DNA of 59,743 nucleotides, taken from positions 62,001-121,743 of IMG/VR virus record IMGVR_UViG_3300024269_000036, one strand, 5' to 3'. The DNA comes from an uncultured virus (IMG/VR IMGVR_UViG_3300024269_000036) (taxonomy: Duplodnaviria > Heunggongvirae > Uroviricota > Caudoviricetes). Positions 26,501-36,141 of this stretch are shown here, in pieces. A model generated the notes under the pieces. That model was given only the letters and a program-made list of their open reading frames with translations, ran no database searches and was not told where the DNA came from. Each line of letters begins with the position of its first letter. Within the stretch, counting starts at the first letter, position 1. The translations under genes were made by a program, and so were the position numbers.

Positions 26501-27571
26501 TTATATATTTTTAATTTTTTTAAGTAATTCGCGTTGTTTATTTGAAAGTGTTTTAGGCATCTTAACATTTACCACAACTTTCATATTTCCACGTTCTTTG
26601 TTATTATTATATACAGGCATTCCCTTACCTTTAATAACAAATGTATGACCATTTTCCGTAAGTTCAGGAATCTTGATTTTTACAGTTGAGCCATCAATGC
26701 AAGGCACCTCTTTTTCACAACCAAGGACAGCATCAAATACATTTAAATCAATGTCAATTCTTAAATTTGAAAAAGCACTTTCACGTTTAAAAACGTCATG
26801 AGGTTTTACTCTGAAAATAATATTAAGGTCTCCCGGTATTCCTTCATATCCTTTAGGGAGTTCATTTCCTTTTCCTGAATAAGTTTCAAAAGCACCATCA
26901 ACAACTCCCGCAGGGATTACAATTCTTTCTGTTGAAGGAGCCTTCTTCATGCCTTTTCCATTACAATGTGAGCAAGGTTTTGAATAGGTTTTTCCCGACC
27001 CATTACAATGATAACATGGATGGTTTGATACCATTGTCATATTACCGCGTTGCACTCTTTCTGAAACCATACCCGTACCGTTACAATGAGGACATGCATG
27101 TGTTTTACCATCATCGGAACCCGTGCCGTTACAGTGGCCACACATTACATCCCTATTATAAGTAACATCTTTTGTTACCCCACTATAAGCCTCTTCGAGA
27201 GTTAATACAACTTCAATATCAACATTCTGTCCTTTATACATTGGTTTCTGCTGTGTTCTACCACGCCCACTAAATATATCCCATGGGTTAAAACCCGCAA
27301 ACGGGTCAAAATCAGGACCATCTCCAGTCTGAAAATCATATTGTTGTCTCTGTTCGGGGTCCGAAAGAACATTATATGCTTCAGTAATTTCTTTGAATTT
27401 CTCCTCAGCCTCCTTCTGTTCTTTCTCGGATTTTGTTGAAAATCTGTCAGGATGCCATTTTCTTGCAAGATTTTTGTAAGATTTCTTCAACTTTTCTTCA
27501 AATTCTTTTCCATTAAGTGCTTTATCTTCTTCGGAAAGACCTAAAATATCGTAATAATTTTTATTTTCCAT
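26501..27571 (-). CDS. dnaJ: Chaperone DnaJ (class A)
   Basis: J-domain NYYDILG...WHPD; four CxxCxGxG repeats; C-terminal GKGMP...GNMKVVV. Confidence 0.95.
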   Translation of the reverse strand: MENKNYYDILGLSEEDKALNGKEFEEKLKKSYKNLARKWHPDRFSTKSEKEQKEAEEKFKEITEAYNVLSDPEQRQQYDFQTGDGPDFDPFAGFNPWDIFSGRGRTQQKPMYKGQNVDIEVVLTLEEAYSGVTKDVTYNRDVMCGHCNGTGSDDGKTHACPHCNGTGMVSERVQRGNMTMVSNHPCYHCNGSGKTYSKPCSHCNGKGMKKAPSTERIVIPAGVVDGAFETYSGKGNELPKGYEGIPGDLNIIFRVKPHDVFKRESAFSNLRIDIDLNVFDAVLGCEKEVPCIDGSTVKIKIPELTENGHTFVIKGKGMPVYNNNKERGNMKVVVNVKMPKTLSNKQRELLKKIKNI

Positions 27572-27573
27572 AA

Positions 27574-27807
27574 TTACTCTGGTAATCGTCCCTTATTATA
27601 TTCATATATATTGAGAATTGTATTAATTGCTTTTTTTTTATAATCCTCATTTTTATTATACACATTGGTATAGAAGATATATAGTTCTTTATATGTTATT
27701 TTTTCTTTTCTTCTACCAATGCAAAAACATAACAGTTTATATAACCATTTATTGGAAGGAACATCTTCAACGGTTTCTTCCATCCACTTAAGTTCTACGG
27801 AAGACAT
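27574..27807 (-). CDS. Hypothetical protein
   Basis: Packed minus-strand ORF; start may be 27783. Confidence 0.5.
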   Translation of the reverse strand: MSSVELKWMEETVEDVPSNKWLYKLLCFCIGRRKEKITYKELYIFYTNVYNKNEDYKKKAINTILNIYEYNKGRLPE

Positions 27808-28025
27808 ATCAATATACCTCCTGCAATTGCCATGATTAAACTTAGATTTATCCTAAAAGCAGCATATTGTCCACTTTTTTCCGCATCATCAGCCCCTGTT
27901 GGGGACAATGTCCTCGAACTTGCAATGGCTGAGCCAATATCAACAATTATGTTATTAACATAAGCCAAACCACAAAAAATAAGCGCTCCAATGCATATGA
28001 ATTTTAATATATATACAAACCACAT
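27795..28025 (-). CDS. Small two-TM membrane protein
   Basis: Hydrophobic ends; TATATTTG element at 28047-28054 (minus) upstream. Confidence 0.6.
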   Translation of the reverse strand: MWFVYILKFICIGALIFCGLAYVNNIIVDIGSAIASSRTLSPTGADDAEKSGQYAAFRINLSLIMAIAGGILICLP

Positions 28026-28066
28026 AAACAATAGTTTTAGTCGTTGCAAATATAACGATTTTTTCT

Positions 28067-28555
28067 TTAACTAACAAGAGTTATCTTATTTTTTTCTACA
28101 ATTAACTCTTGTTTGAGTTCATCTAATTTCCTCTCGTGTTCATTAATTTCGTTAACCAAAGTTTTGATATGCGCTTTGGATATTTCGATTTTCCATTTCG
28201 CCATAAAGTTGGTGTGGTCAAAAATCCAATCCAATGGCAATCTTGCTTGGTGGTTAAGTGCACGTCCGTCCCACCATTTTGTTGTATAATTAATCCATAC
28301 TTTATTATCTTTAATTTCAGCATCAACAATATCTTCAATATTGCGTTCAGAATGCCATGCTCCCCAATATTCAAAACAGACTTCATCATAGGTATAACCC
28401 AAGTCTTCGAGAGCCTCCGCCTCCTCACCAAAACAATTTATTTTATCTTTGAACCATTGACAAACTTCCTTATCAACAGCATCATCATACTCCATGTCGT
28501 TCAATTTTCGACAAACTTCTTCGAAATTATCTCTATTAATATCAATCATAATCAA
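28067..28555 (-). CDS. Hypothetical protein, distant paralog of 40457..40945
   Basis: INY...LPLDWIFD..NF..KW.IE + coiled coil; both 162 aa. Confidence 0.65.
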   Translation of the reverse strand: MIMIDINRDNFEEVCRKLNDMEYDDAVDKEVCQWFKDKINCFGEEAEALEDLGYTYDEVCFEYWGAWHSERNIEDIVDAEIKDNKVWINYTTKWWDGRALNHQARLPLDWIFDHTNFMAKWKIEISKAHIKTLVNEINEHERKLDELKQELIVEKNKITLVS

Positions 28556-28752
28556 TACTCCTCCAATGGTTCAAGTCTTTCCATTCCTGTTATTTCCTTA
28601 CCTTTCAATAATTTTCTAACGCTATTAAGACAACCAATTGTTTCTCTGTCAAGGCATGTTGTCTTCTCGTAAGAGTTATAGGTATTTGCCCATAATCTTA
28701 ATGTATTTTCAATGTTTTTAAGAACAAATTTCGGTACAATAATATCTTCCAT
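28552..28752 (-). CDS. Hypothetical protein
   Basis: 66 aa packed ORF. Confidence 0.6.
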   Translation of the reverse strand: MEDIIVPKFVLKNIENTLRLWANTYNSYEKTTCLDRETIGCLNSVRKLLKGKEITGMERLEPLEEY

Positions 28753-28755
28753 ATT

Positions 28756-30045
28756 TTAGTTTTTAAATGTGTTAAACAACCACCAATAAACGCCATCCAC
28801 AGTATTTTCGATTCTACCATCGAAAATGCCTTCTTTAATACTATTAAGAATCAAACCAAGTTGTGGACCCGGTGGAACCCCGATATATTCACTAATTACA
28901 TTTCCGTTTAACGGAAGTTTAAAATCAATAAATTGCGTTAATGAACTAAACAAGAATCTAATTCTTTTATATTTTTCAAAAATTAAAGGTACATTAGTTT
29001 CATCTGCATAATAAAGCTCATGACAAAACCAATAATTATATATATCATATATTGCAAGACCATTTTCAGCAACAAATTTTCTGAAAACACTAAGCGGTTG
29101 CTTATCTGTGAATACAGTTCTATTTGTCACAACCTTTTCAATGAAATTGTAAGTGGAATTAGGTAATCTCATTCCTTGAACACGGTCCTTAAGTTTTTCA
29201 AGAGTAAATGCGCCTTTACCGAGTAATACTGCCCATTTTAGGAGTTTTTTGTTTTGATATTTATCAAGAACTTCATCGATTTTAGCAACCATCCCAATTT
29301 TTACCATTGTACGCCCGTCATATTCAAACGTTAAATCCCAAATACCAAGAAGATTAATCAATTCCAAACCGAGGGCTGAGTTATCATAACTCAGAATCTT
29401 ATCAATCTCTTCAGTGATGCGTTCCTGAGTAAGAATGTAGATTCTACTTGTATTGTTTTTCATTCCCTCCCATGTATTGTCATCAATTTTGAATAATTCA
29501 CCTTCTTTAGAAAGTTTTGCAACAAAACGTATACCCCTGTATATTCTGAGGGGGTCATCAGAAAATGTAACATTAGGGATACCACCTGGAGTTCTTATAA
29601 TTCTTTTTTCAAGGTCGGCTTTCCCGTCAAAAGGGTCAACAAGGGCGCCGAAATCATCATTGAGAGATAAAGCCATTGCATTAATGGTAAAATCTCTTCT
29701 TAGAAGGTCATCAAGAAGCGTGCCGTCTTCAACAATCGGATTTCGTGACCCCCTCTCATACATTTCTTTTCTCGCTCCAACGAATTCGACTTCAATTCCT
29801 TTATAACGGACCATTGCCGTTCCATAATTTTCATAGAAATGATGTTTTTCATTAACTTTTTCCGCAAAAGCCGCTGAAAATTCAATTCCTGAACCTTCAA
29901 CAACAATGTCAATATCTTTGTTTTCTATACCAAGAAAACAATCTCTAACATATCCCCCAACAACATATGCGTGAACGTTAAGTTCCTTTGCGACGTCATG
30001 GAGAATCGTAAAAACTTTGTGTTTTAAGAAATCAGTATATAGCAT
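28756..30045 (-). CDS. cca: tRNA nucleotidyltransferase (CCA-adding)/poly(A) polymerase family
   Basis: VVGGYVRD, KDIDIV, DLLRRDFTINAMA, FSDDPLRIYRGIRF, ERITEE, C-terminal G...PGPQLG; start moved to 30045. Confidence 0.9.
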   Translation of the reverse strand: MLYTDFLKHKVFTILHDVAKELNVHAYVVGGYVRDCFLGIENKDIDIVVEGSGIEFSAAFAEKVNEKHHFYENYGTAMVRYKGIEVEFVGARKEMYERGSRNPIVEDGTLLDDLLRRDFTINAMALSLNDDFGALVDPFDGKADLEKRIIRTPGGIPNVTFSDDPLRIYRGIRFVAKLSKEGELFKIDDNTWEGMKNNTSRIYILTQERITEEIDKILSYDNSALGLELINLLGIWDLTFEYDGRTMVKIGMVAKIDEVLDKYQNKKLLKWAVLLGKGAFTLEKLKDRVQGMRLPNSTYNFIEKVVTNRTVFTDKQPLSVFRKFVAENGLAIYDIYNYWFCHELYYADETNVPLIFEKYKRIRFLFSSLTQFIDFKLPLNGNVISEYIGVPPGPQLGLILNSIKEGIFDGRIENTVDGVYWWLFNTFKN

Positions 30046-30067
30046 ATTTTTTACTTTAAAATCTACG

Positions 30068-30101
30068 ATGCAAATATACAAATATCATGCCAAACAAACA
30101 A
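30068..30101 (-). promoter_or_regulatory. Composite promoter (sigma54-like 30078-30092 + TATATTTG), identical to 8162-8195
   Basis: Reverse complement TTGTTTGTTTGGCATGATATTTGTATATTTGCAT upstream of cca. Confidence 0.7.
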
Positions 30102-30110
30102 ATCTGAAGA

Positions 30111-30120
30111 ACTATTTATA
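30111..30120 (+). promoter_or_regulatory. Putative late promoter motif ACTATTTATA
   Basis: Upstream of tail-associated gene cluster. Confidence 0.6.
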
Positions 30121-30142
30121 ACATAATAGGTTGATTTTTATC

Positions 30143-31774
30143 ATGAATGGGAATAGAAAGATAGTTAATAAGTTTGGAAAGGACAGGGCAACAGCCGAAG
30201 GGATGTTCAGTGACGTTTCCAAATTCGCTCTCGGTGAAATGGTTGTCGTTAATGACAGCAAACTTCCCGCAATCCTTATCAAGGACAACAATATGAATAC
30301 CTATGAGATACATGGGGTTTCAGTGAAAGGAGATGCAGGAACAACTGAGGGTGCGGTAAAGATTACTCCGGAAATTAAAAGCGGACAGACAATATATAAT
30401 GTTGTTCACACTTCAGTGAATGTCGTTAAGGAACAAGAAGATGTGCCTGAAGATAATATCAATATAGTAACGGCTGTAGAGGCAAATCCGCTTGGCCATG
30501 TCAATAAGGTCAAGACAGGGACAATCTCTTTCAAACCGATTAACGAAGCCATTGCAACTCTTGAAGAAACTGTTAGTAATATCAGGACTGAAGTTTATGA
30601 AGGCGTTGGCATTGATGTTGTCGATGGTTCCAATATTAATGTAAAGATACAAGAGGACAATAACTTCCTCTCAGTTAATGATAACAATGAACTCGTCGTT
30701 GATGATATTAATACAAATAAAACAATTATAAATGAGGATATAACAATTGAAGGTGGGCCTCTTGCAAGTACAGTAAAACAGGCTTATCCAAGTGGTGTGT
30801 TACCGAAAGGAACTGACATACAATCATTCCTTAAGGCTCTTCTTTGCGTTGAAATCTACCCAACTACATCAAAAAACAGCCCTTCATTCTCACTGTCACT
30901 TTCAAATCCTTCAATCTCAGCAAATGTGAATTCCGGTTCGCTTGTTGAGGTAGGTACTGAGGTTGTTATTAATTCAGTCGTTTCTAAAGGGGTGGGGGTG
31001 TCCAAGACAGACCCTAAGGTGAGTGGATTCAAACATGGTTATTCGGATACAATTGACGGAACAATTAATACAAGCACTTCTATTTCAACATCATATACAT
31101 ATGCACAGAAATCGGGCGAGGTTTATTCGTTGTCAGCATCCAAGTCAGGATTTGTTGGGGATGTCCCTGCATCTGCATCTAACGCAACATATGGCTCTTG
31201 CTCATTGGCTTCAGTAGCATTTACTGTGGCGGTAGGTACCAATACATATAGTGTCAGCAATGGGGGACCTGCTTATGAATATTCACATCCGGGGATACCT
31301 TCCAAATATATTGTGTCCAATCTCGGGGGAAGGAATAATGATAACAAGTCAGTTTCGATTGCTGCTGTTTCAACAACAACATCAAACAGACCTTCTTCAT
31401 CAGCATCATATAGTGTGACGGGTGTTTATCCTGTTTATACTAATATGGTATCGGAAACCGTTTCAAACACTGTTGATGTTAATAAACGTCTCAGTCTTTC
31501 TTCAGGAAAAGTCTTTGAGATTTCTTTTGGACCTGAAACTGATGCATACCATGCATTTGCTTACCCTGCGACACATAGTCTTTCGACCGTAGAAATCTAC
31601 AATACAATGTCAAAAGCATATGAGACATATACGGGAGGTAGTTCAACTGAAGATGCAACATATACCGTGCAAGGTAATGAACTCGCTTATAAAGTTTGGA
31701 AAAGAGCCGGTAATGCATATTCGGAAACAACAAAATTCCGCTTTACATTAAATAAAAATCTTAATACCAAGTAA
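30143..31774 (+). CDS. Putative tail fibre/adhesin-like structural protein
   Basis: Ser/Thr-rich beta-type sequence; ITIEGGPLA...CVEIYP...GVYPVYTN domain shared with next gene. Confidence 0.6.
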   Translation: MNGNRKIVNKFGKDRATAEGMFSDVSKFALGEMVVVNDSKLPAILIKDNNMNTYEIHGVSVKGDAGTTEGAVKITPEIKSGQTIYNVVHTSVNVVKEQEDVPEDNINIVTAVEANPLGHVNKVKTGTISFKPINEAIATLEETVSNIRTEVYEGVGIDVVDGSNINVKIQEDNNFLSVNDNNELVVDDINTNKTIINEDITIEGGPLASTVKQAYPSGVLPKGTDIQSFLKALLCVEIYPTTSKNSPSFSLSLSNPSISANVNSGSLVEVGTEVVINSVVSKGVGVSKTDPKVSGFKHGYSDTIDGTINTSTSISTSYTYAQKSGEVYSLSASKSGFVGDVPASASNATYGSCSLASVAFTVAVGTNTYSVSNGGPAYEYSHPGIPSKYIVSNLGGRNNDNKSVSIAAVSTTTSNRPSSSASYSVTGVYPVYTNMVSETVSNTVDVNKRLSLSSGKVFEISFGPETDAYHAFAYPATHSLSTVEIYNTMSKAYETYTGGSSTEDATYTVQGNELAYKVWKRAGNAYSETTKFRFTLNKNLNTK

Positions 31775-31782
31775 TATAGGAT

Positions 31783-33729
31783 ATGGCTGAAATTAGATAT
31801 AATAACTCATTTTCTCTGGCCGGTGGTTTTAATATCACCAATGCGGAGCCAATTGATTCGAGAACTTTTGTTTCCGACATATCTCATATCTACTTACCTG
31901 AGAACTGGGATAAAGTAAAACCTTATCCCGGACTTATTGTGTCTGACCCTAAAGGGGAGGTTAGAATTTGTTTGAATTCAGATTATACGCTTGAAAGTTC
32001 ATGGGGAAAAATAGGTGGAAATGAAATTGAAACAATAAATGAAACCATCAGCGGTATCACTGATAGTATAAGTGGAATAACCGATAATGTATCTTCAAAT
32101 ACAGAATCAATTAAAAGTATTGAAGAAACATTGAAAACAATGTCTGACAATGATACCAAAAATACTGCAGGCTCTTCTAATTCAGAAGAAAAACTTTATT
32201 TGATAGGTGCTTCGGAGCAAAATGGTGATGGTATTGAAACATATTCAAATACAAATGTTTGGATGAGTGGTGGTACATTGTACATGGGCAATAAGGCTGT
32301 CGCTATCAATGATGATGTCGAAACAATTTCAAATGGATTAACATCATTGTCTGAAACTGTGGGCGGTATTAACGATATAGTAACCGCACATACTGAAACA
32401 TTGAGTGAGCATTATGAAGCGATTACTAAAAATACACAAGAAATCAAGACTGTAAATAATACTGTTACCTCTCACACTGAAACATTGGGTGAATATTATG
32501 ACCTCATAACAGGAAATACACAAGAAATTGAAACCATTAAGCAAAACATGGCTTCAACAGTTTCTTATGGTGATGGCCTTGGCTTATCAGGTAACACTGT
32601 TAATGTCCTTATCGCTGATGATAATCATTTGACATTAAATGATTTAAATGAATTAACTGTTACAGGCATAACTACTGATGACACTTTTGTTTCTGAGGAA
32701 ATAACTATCGAAGGTGGACCACTCGCGGATATAGCAAAAAAGGTTTATACAGATGGTAAAATACCGGTTGGAACATCAATTCAAGAGTTTCTTAAAAATC
32801 TTCTTTGTGTTGAGATTTACCCTATTGCATCGTCTTCATCAGGTTCATTCTCATTGTCACTTTCAAGCCCTTCCATAAGTGCAAATGTGAGTTCAGATTC
32901 GCTTGTTGAGGTAGGAAAGAACATCACAATAAATGCAGTAACAGCAAAGTCAGTGTCCACAAGTGTTACAAATCCTGAGGTAAGCGGCTTTGAACATGGT
33001 TATTCAGACACAATTGATGGGGCCATCAATACAAGCACCACGATTACCGATACGATGTCATATAGTCAGAAGTCAGGCGAGGTTTACTCGTTGTCAGCGT
33101 CCAAGTCAGGATTCGTAGGGGATGTTCCTGCATCTGCATCGAATGCCGCATATGACTCTTGTTCATTGGCTTCAGTGACATTGACAGCAAGTCTTGGAAG
33201 TAATAAGTATACGGTTACCGAAACAGGACCTATTTATACTTATTCTTATGCAGGAATTGGTGCTAAATACATTGTTTCAAACCTTGGAGAAAGAAGCGAA
33301 AGACATAAATCAGCAGCAGTCGCAGCAAAATCTGCAACAGATTCAAATCGTCCGACAGCATCATCAACATATAGTGTGACGGGAGTTTATCCGGTTTATA
33401 CCAATATTTCAGGAGGTGCGTTAATTGCTGATGCAAGTGCAAAGCAAACGCTTCAAACAAGCGCAACATTTACATTTACAAGTGTTCCGGGTGAGGTTGG
33501 AAGTAACCCATTTATGTTTGATTTCCCTTCAACTAAGTCAATTTCATCTTTCAAAATAAAAGACCCTTCGGGTAATTGGACTAATTTCTCTGCTGCATAT
33601 ACAACAGATACAACAGTTACAAAAACAATTAACGGAACATCTTATACATATAAGAGACTTAAAACTGATGGAACTCAGGGTGAAGGCAATACATATCAGA
33701 TAGTGCTTAACAGCGCCCTTAATGCATAA
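31783..33729 (+). CDS. Putative tail fibre/adhesin-like structural protein
   Basis: N-terminal FNITNAEPIDSR; 28-aa coiled-coil repeat; paralogous C-terminal domain. Confidence 0.65.
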   Translation: MAEIRYNNSFSLAGGFNITNAEPIDSRTFVSDISHIYLPENWDKVKPYPGLIVSDPKGEVRICLNSDYTLESSWGKIGGNEIETINETISGITDSISGITDNVSSNTESIKSIEETLKTMSDNDTKNTAGSSNSEEKLYLIGASEQNGDGIETYSNTNVWMSGGTLYMGNKAVAINDDVETISNGLTSLSETVGGINDIVTAHTETLSEHYEAITKNTQEIKTVNNTVTSHTETLGEYYDLITGNTQEIETIKQNMASTVSYGDGLGLSGNTVNVLIADDNHLTLNDLNELTVTGITTDDTFVSEEITIEGGPLADIAKKVYTDGKIPVGTSIQEFLKNLLCVEIYPIASSSSGSFSLSLSSPSISANVSSDSLVEVGKNITINAVTAKSVSTSVTNPEVSGFEHGYSDTIDGAINTSTTITDTMSYSQKSGEVYSLSASKSGFVGDVPASASNAAYDSCSLASVTLTASLGSNKYTVTETGPIYTYSYAGIGAKYIVSNLGERSERHKSAAVAAKSATDSNRPTASSTYSVTGVYPVYTNISGGALIADASAKQTLQTSATFTFTSVPGEVGSNPFMFDFPSTKSISSFKIKDPSGNWTNFSAAYTTDTTVTKTINGTSYTYKRLKTDGTQGEGNTYQIVLNSALNA

Positions 33730-33748
33730 TATTTAAACAATTTTAGAA

Positions 33749-35671
33749 ATGGCAATTGTAAAAAACGCTTTAACATACGGATATGGTTTTAATATTACAG
33801 CTGCGGGCCCTGTTGATTCAAGAATGAGGGTCCCAAAGAAAAGTGACCTAACCACAGTATGGGATGATAAAACAGCACCTGCTTATGCGGGTTTATCGGT
33901 CCTTGTTTGTGAGGAAAATGTGATATATGCACTTAAAACAGCGTCATTTGACGCAAATGGTACTCCAATCGCTGCAGACCCAACATTAGAAAACTCATGG
34001 GTTAAAATTGGAGACAATTCTGAAATTATCAGAACCCTCGCAACCAAATCCGATACGGGTCATACACATGATGCAAGTGCAATAACTGCAGGTACAATAA
34101 ACATAGGGAGACTCCCGATAGGAACAACAGATTCCACAGTCGCAATTGGAAACCACACACATAATTATGCCGGTTCCGCATCTGTAGGTGGTTCCGCAAT
34201 ATCAGCGGTTAAATTGGATACTGCATCTGCAGGGGCAACCAATAAACCTGTTTACTTTAAAGAGGGAAAGCCTGCCGAAATTAGTTATGAAATAAATAAA
34301 AATGTTCCTTCAAATGCTGTTTTTACAGATACTGCAACAACACAGGATGGGCACTATGTGCCGTCAGCAACAGCAGTGACTGCACAAGGAGGCAGTGGTA
34401 CTCTTGATTGGGAAGGGACTATTACAATTCCTTCTATTAAATTTGATAATAAGGGGCATTATGTAAGTTCATCAACAACAACTTATACAATGCCTACAAA
34501 TCCTGATACATGGAGACCTGTATATAACGGAGTTGATAGTACAAGTACCATCAGTGCCGCAACAGCAAATGCTGTTAAAACAGCGTATGATGCCGCAGTT
34601 GCAGCACAGTCAACTGCAAATGCAGCACAAAATGCAGCTACAACAGCGCAAAATACAGCAAACGGAAAATATACAGCAGCAACAGCAACCACAAGTACCT
34701 ATGGTTTGACCCAGTTAAGTACAGCAACGAATAGTACATCCACATCCCTTGCTGCAACTCCAAGTGCTGTAAAGGCTGCATATGACCTTGCAAATGGAAA
34801 GTGGACTGCAGTAACAGGAACATCGGCAACAACCGGATATGGTATTGCAAAATTGATTAGTGGCGACTTAAACGGTAAAACGTATGCTGCAGGTGAGGCT
34901 GCATCAGCAGCCCACACCCACGGTCAGTATTTAATTGACCATCAGACAATATATAGCCTAACTGCACAGGCAGGCGCCTTCACTGCCGTTACTTATGACC
35001 CAAATGCAGCTGCAAAGACAATCAACATCCCGACAAAGACGAGCCATTTGACAAATGACAGCGATTTCATAACATCAGCAGCAACGGTTGCAAGTGCAAA
35101 TACTGCAGCATCTGCAGCAAGATTGACTAATATAAACGCAATTGGTTCAGAAAATCAGCCTGTATATTTTAATTCAAGTGGACAACCTGTAACATGTACT
35201 TATACTTTAGCTAAGTCTGTCCCTTCAAATGCAAAATTCACCGATAGTGCAGTTACTTCAACATATGATTCAGGTACAACATCATATTTGGTAGGTGCGG
35301 TATCATCAGGAACTACCACAACAGGACTTACCAAGTCAAGTATCTACATGTCAGGAAATACTCTTCATGGTTGTACGGGTTATTATCAGGATTCCGATGA
35401 GCGACTTAAGACATTCCATGGTGATGTGGAAGTTGATTTTGAAAAACTTTTAAAATTACCGAAAGCATATTTCACGTGGAACAACGGTAATGAGGATATG
35501 CAAATGGGTACATCCGCACAAAAAGTTCGTGAACTTTATCCTGAATTGGTTTCTGAAGATGATACGGGAAAATTATCAGTGGATTATTCAAAATTGAGTG
35601 TCATTGCTTTAAAAGGGCTTGATATCCTTTATTCAGAAATTCAAATGATTAAAAAACATTTAAATCTCTAA
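33749..35671 (+). CDS. Tail fibre with phage fibre repeat and C-terminal S74-like chaperone
   Basis: FNITAAGPVDSR; YGLTQLSTATNSTSTSLAATPSAVKAAYDLANGK (P2/lambda Stf-type repeat); SDERLK...VDYSKL. Confidence 0.85.
   Translation: MAIVKNALTYGYGFNITAAGPVDSRMRVPKKSDLTTVWDDKTAPAYAGLSVLVCEENVIYALKTASFDANGTPIAADPTLENSWVKIGDNSEIIRTLATKSDTGHTHDASAITAGTINIGRLPIGTTDSTVAIGNHTHNYAGSASVGGSAISAVKLDTASAGATNKPVYFKEGKPAEISYEINKNVPSNAVFTDTATTQDGHYVPSATAVTAQGGSGTLDWEGTITIPSIKFDNKGHYVSSSTTTYTMPTNPDTWRPVYNGVDSTSTISAATANAVKTAYDAAVAAQSTANAAQNAATTAQNTANGKYTAATATTSTYGLTQLSTATNSTSTSLAATPSAVKAAYDLANGKWTAVTGTSATTGYGIAKLISGDLNGKTYAAGEAASAAHTHGQYLIDHQTIYSLTAQAGAFTAVTYDPNAAAKTINIPTKTSHLTNDSDFITSAATVASANTAASAARLTNINAIGSENQPVYFNSSGQPVTCTYTLAKSVPSNAKFTDSAVTSTYDSGTTSYLVGAVSSGTTTTGLTKSSIYMSGNTLHGCTGYYQDSDERLKTFHGDVEVDFEKLLKLPKAYFTWNNGNEDMQMGTSAQKVRELYPELVSEDDTGKLSVDYSKLSVIALKGLDILYSEIQMIKKHLNL
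35345..35421 (+). repeat. 77-bp identity with 25299-25375
   Basis: Exact match read base by base. Confidence 0.92.
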
Positions 35672-35699
35672 ACCATTCAAACATACTTTATCTTTTTTT

Positions 35700-35731
35700 G
35701 GCTCTGAGGATTATTTCTCGGAGCCTTTTTT
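35700..35731 (+). terminator. Terminator hairpin
   Basis: GGCTCTGAGGA-TTAT-TTCTCGGAGCC + T6. Confidence 0.65.
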
Positions 35732-35962
35732 ATCTTTTCGACGTTCAATGACATACATTATAAGTTCTGTAAGTTCTTGCGCTTTATGGAGAATTTCAAC
35801 GCCAATACAAAGAATGATACCACCAAAACATATTTTTGAAATAATATCTGTGCAATAACCGTATGTGAACATACCAATAGCAAACATTATAGCAAGAACC
35901 ATACCTCCGATGATAAAACATTGATAAATTGCACCGAATATAACTGTTAGAAAATTTTTCAT
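35711..35962 (-). CDS. Small membrane protein
   Basis: Two hydrophobic segments, basic tail. Confidence 0.6.
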   Translation of the reverse strand: MKNFLTVIFGAIYQCFIIGGMVLAIMFAIGMFTYGYCTDIISKICFGGIILCIGVEILHKAQELTELIMYVIERRKDKKGSEK

Positions 35963-36141
35963 ATTTTTTCTTCTTTGTTGATATAAGTATATAAAACTAG
36001 TATTCTATTTTCTTTAAGTGGTGTAATGCTGATAATTTCATAATCACATTCATCAGCTAAAGTCAACCATTTATTGAAATTTTGTATCATACTGCCATGC
36101 ACAGTATCTGAAAAAGTAGTTGCTTTTCTTTTACGCCGCAT
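35959..36141 (-). CDS. Hypothetical protein
   Basis: 60 aa packed ORF. Confidence 0.45.
   Translation of the reverse strand: MRRKRKATTFSDTVHGSMIQNFNKWLTLADECDYEIISITPLKENRILVLYTYINKEEKI

Noticed and set aside
25299..35421. Diversity-generating retroelement TR/VR pair
   Set aside because: The shared block is identical rather than adenine-mismatched, both copies are coding, and no reverse transcriptase is in the window
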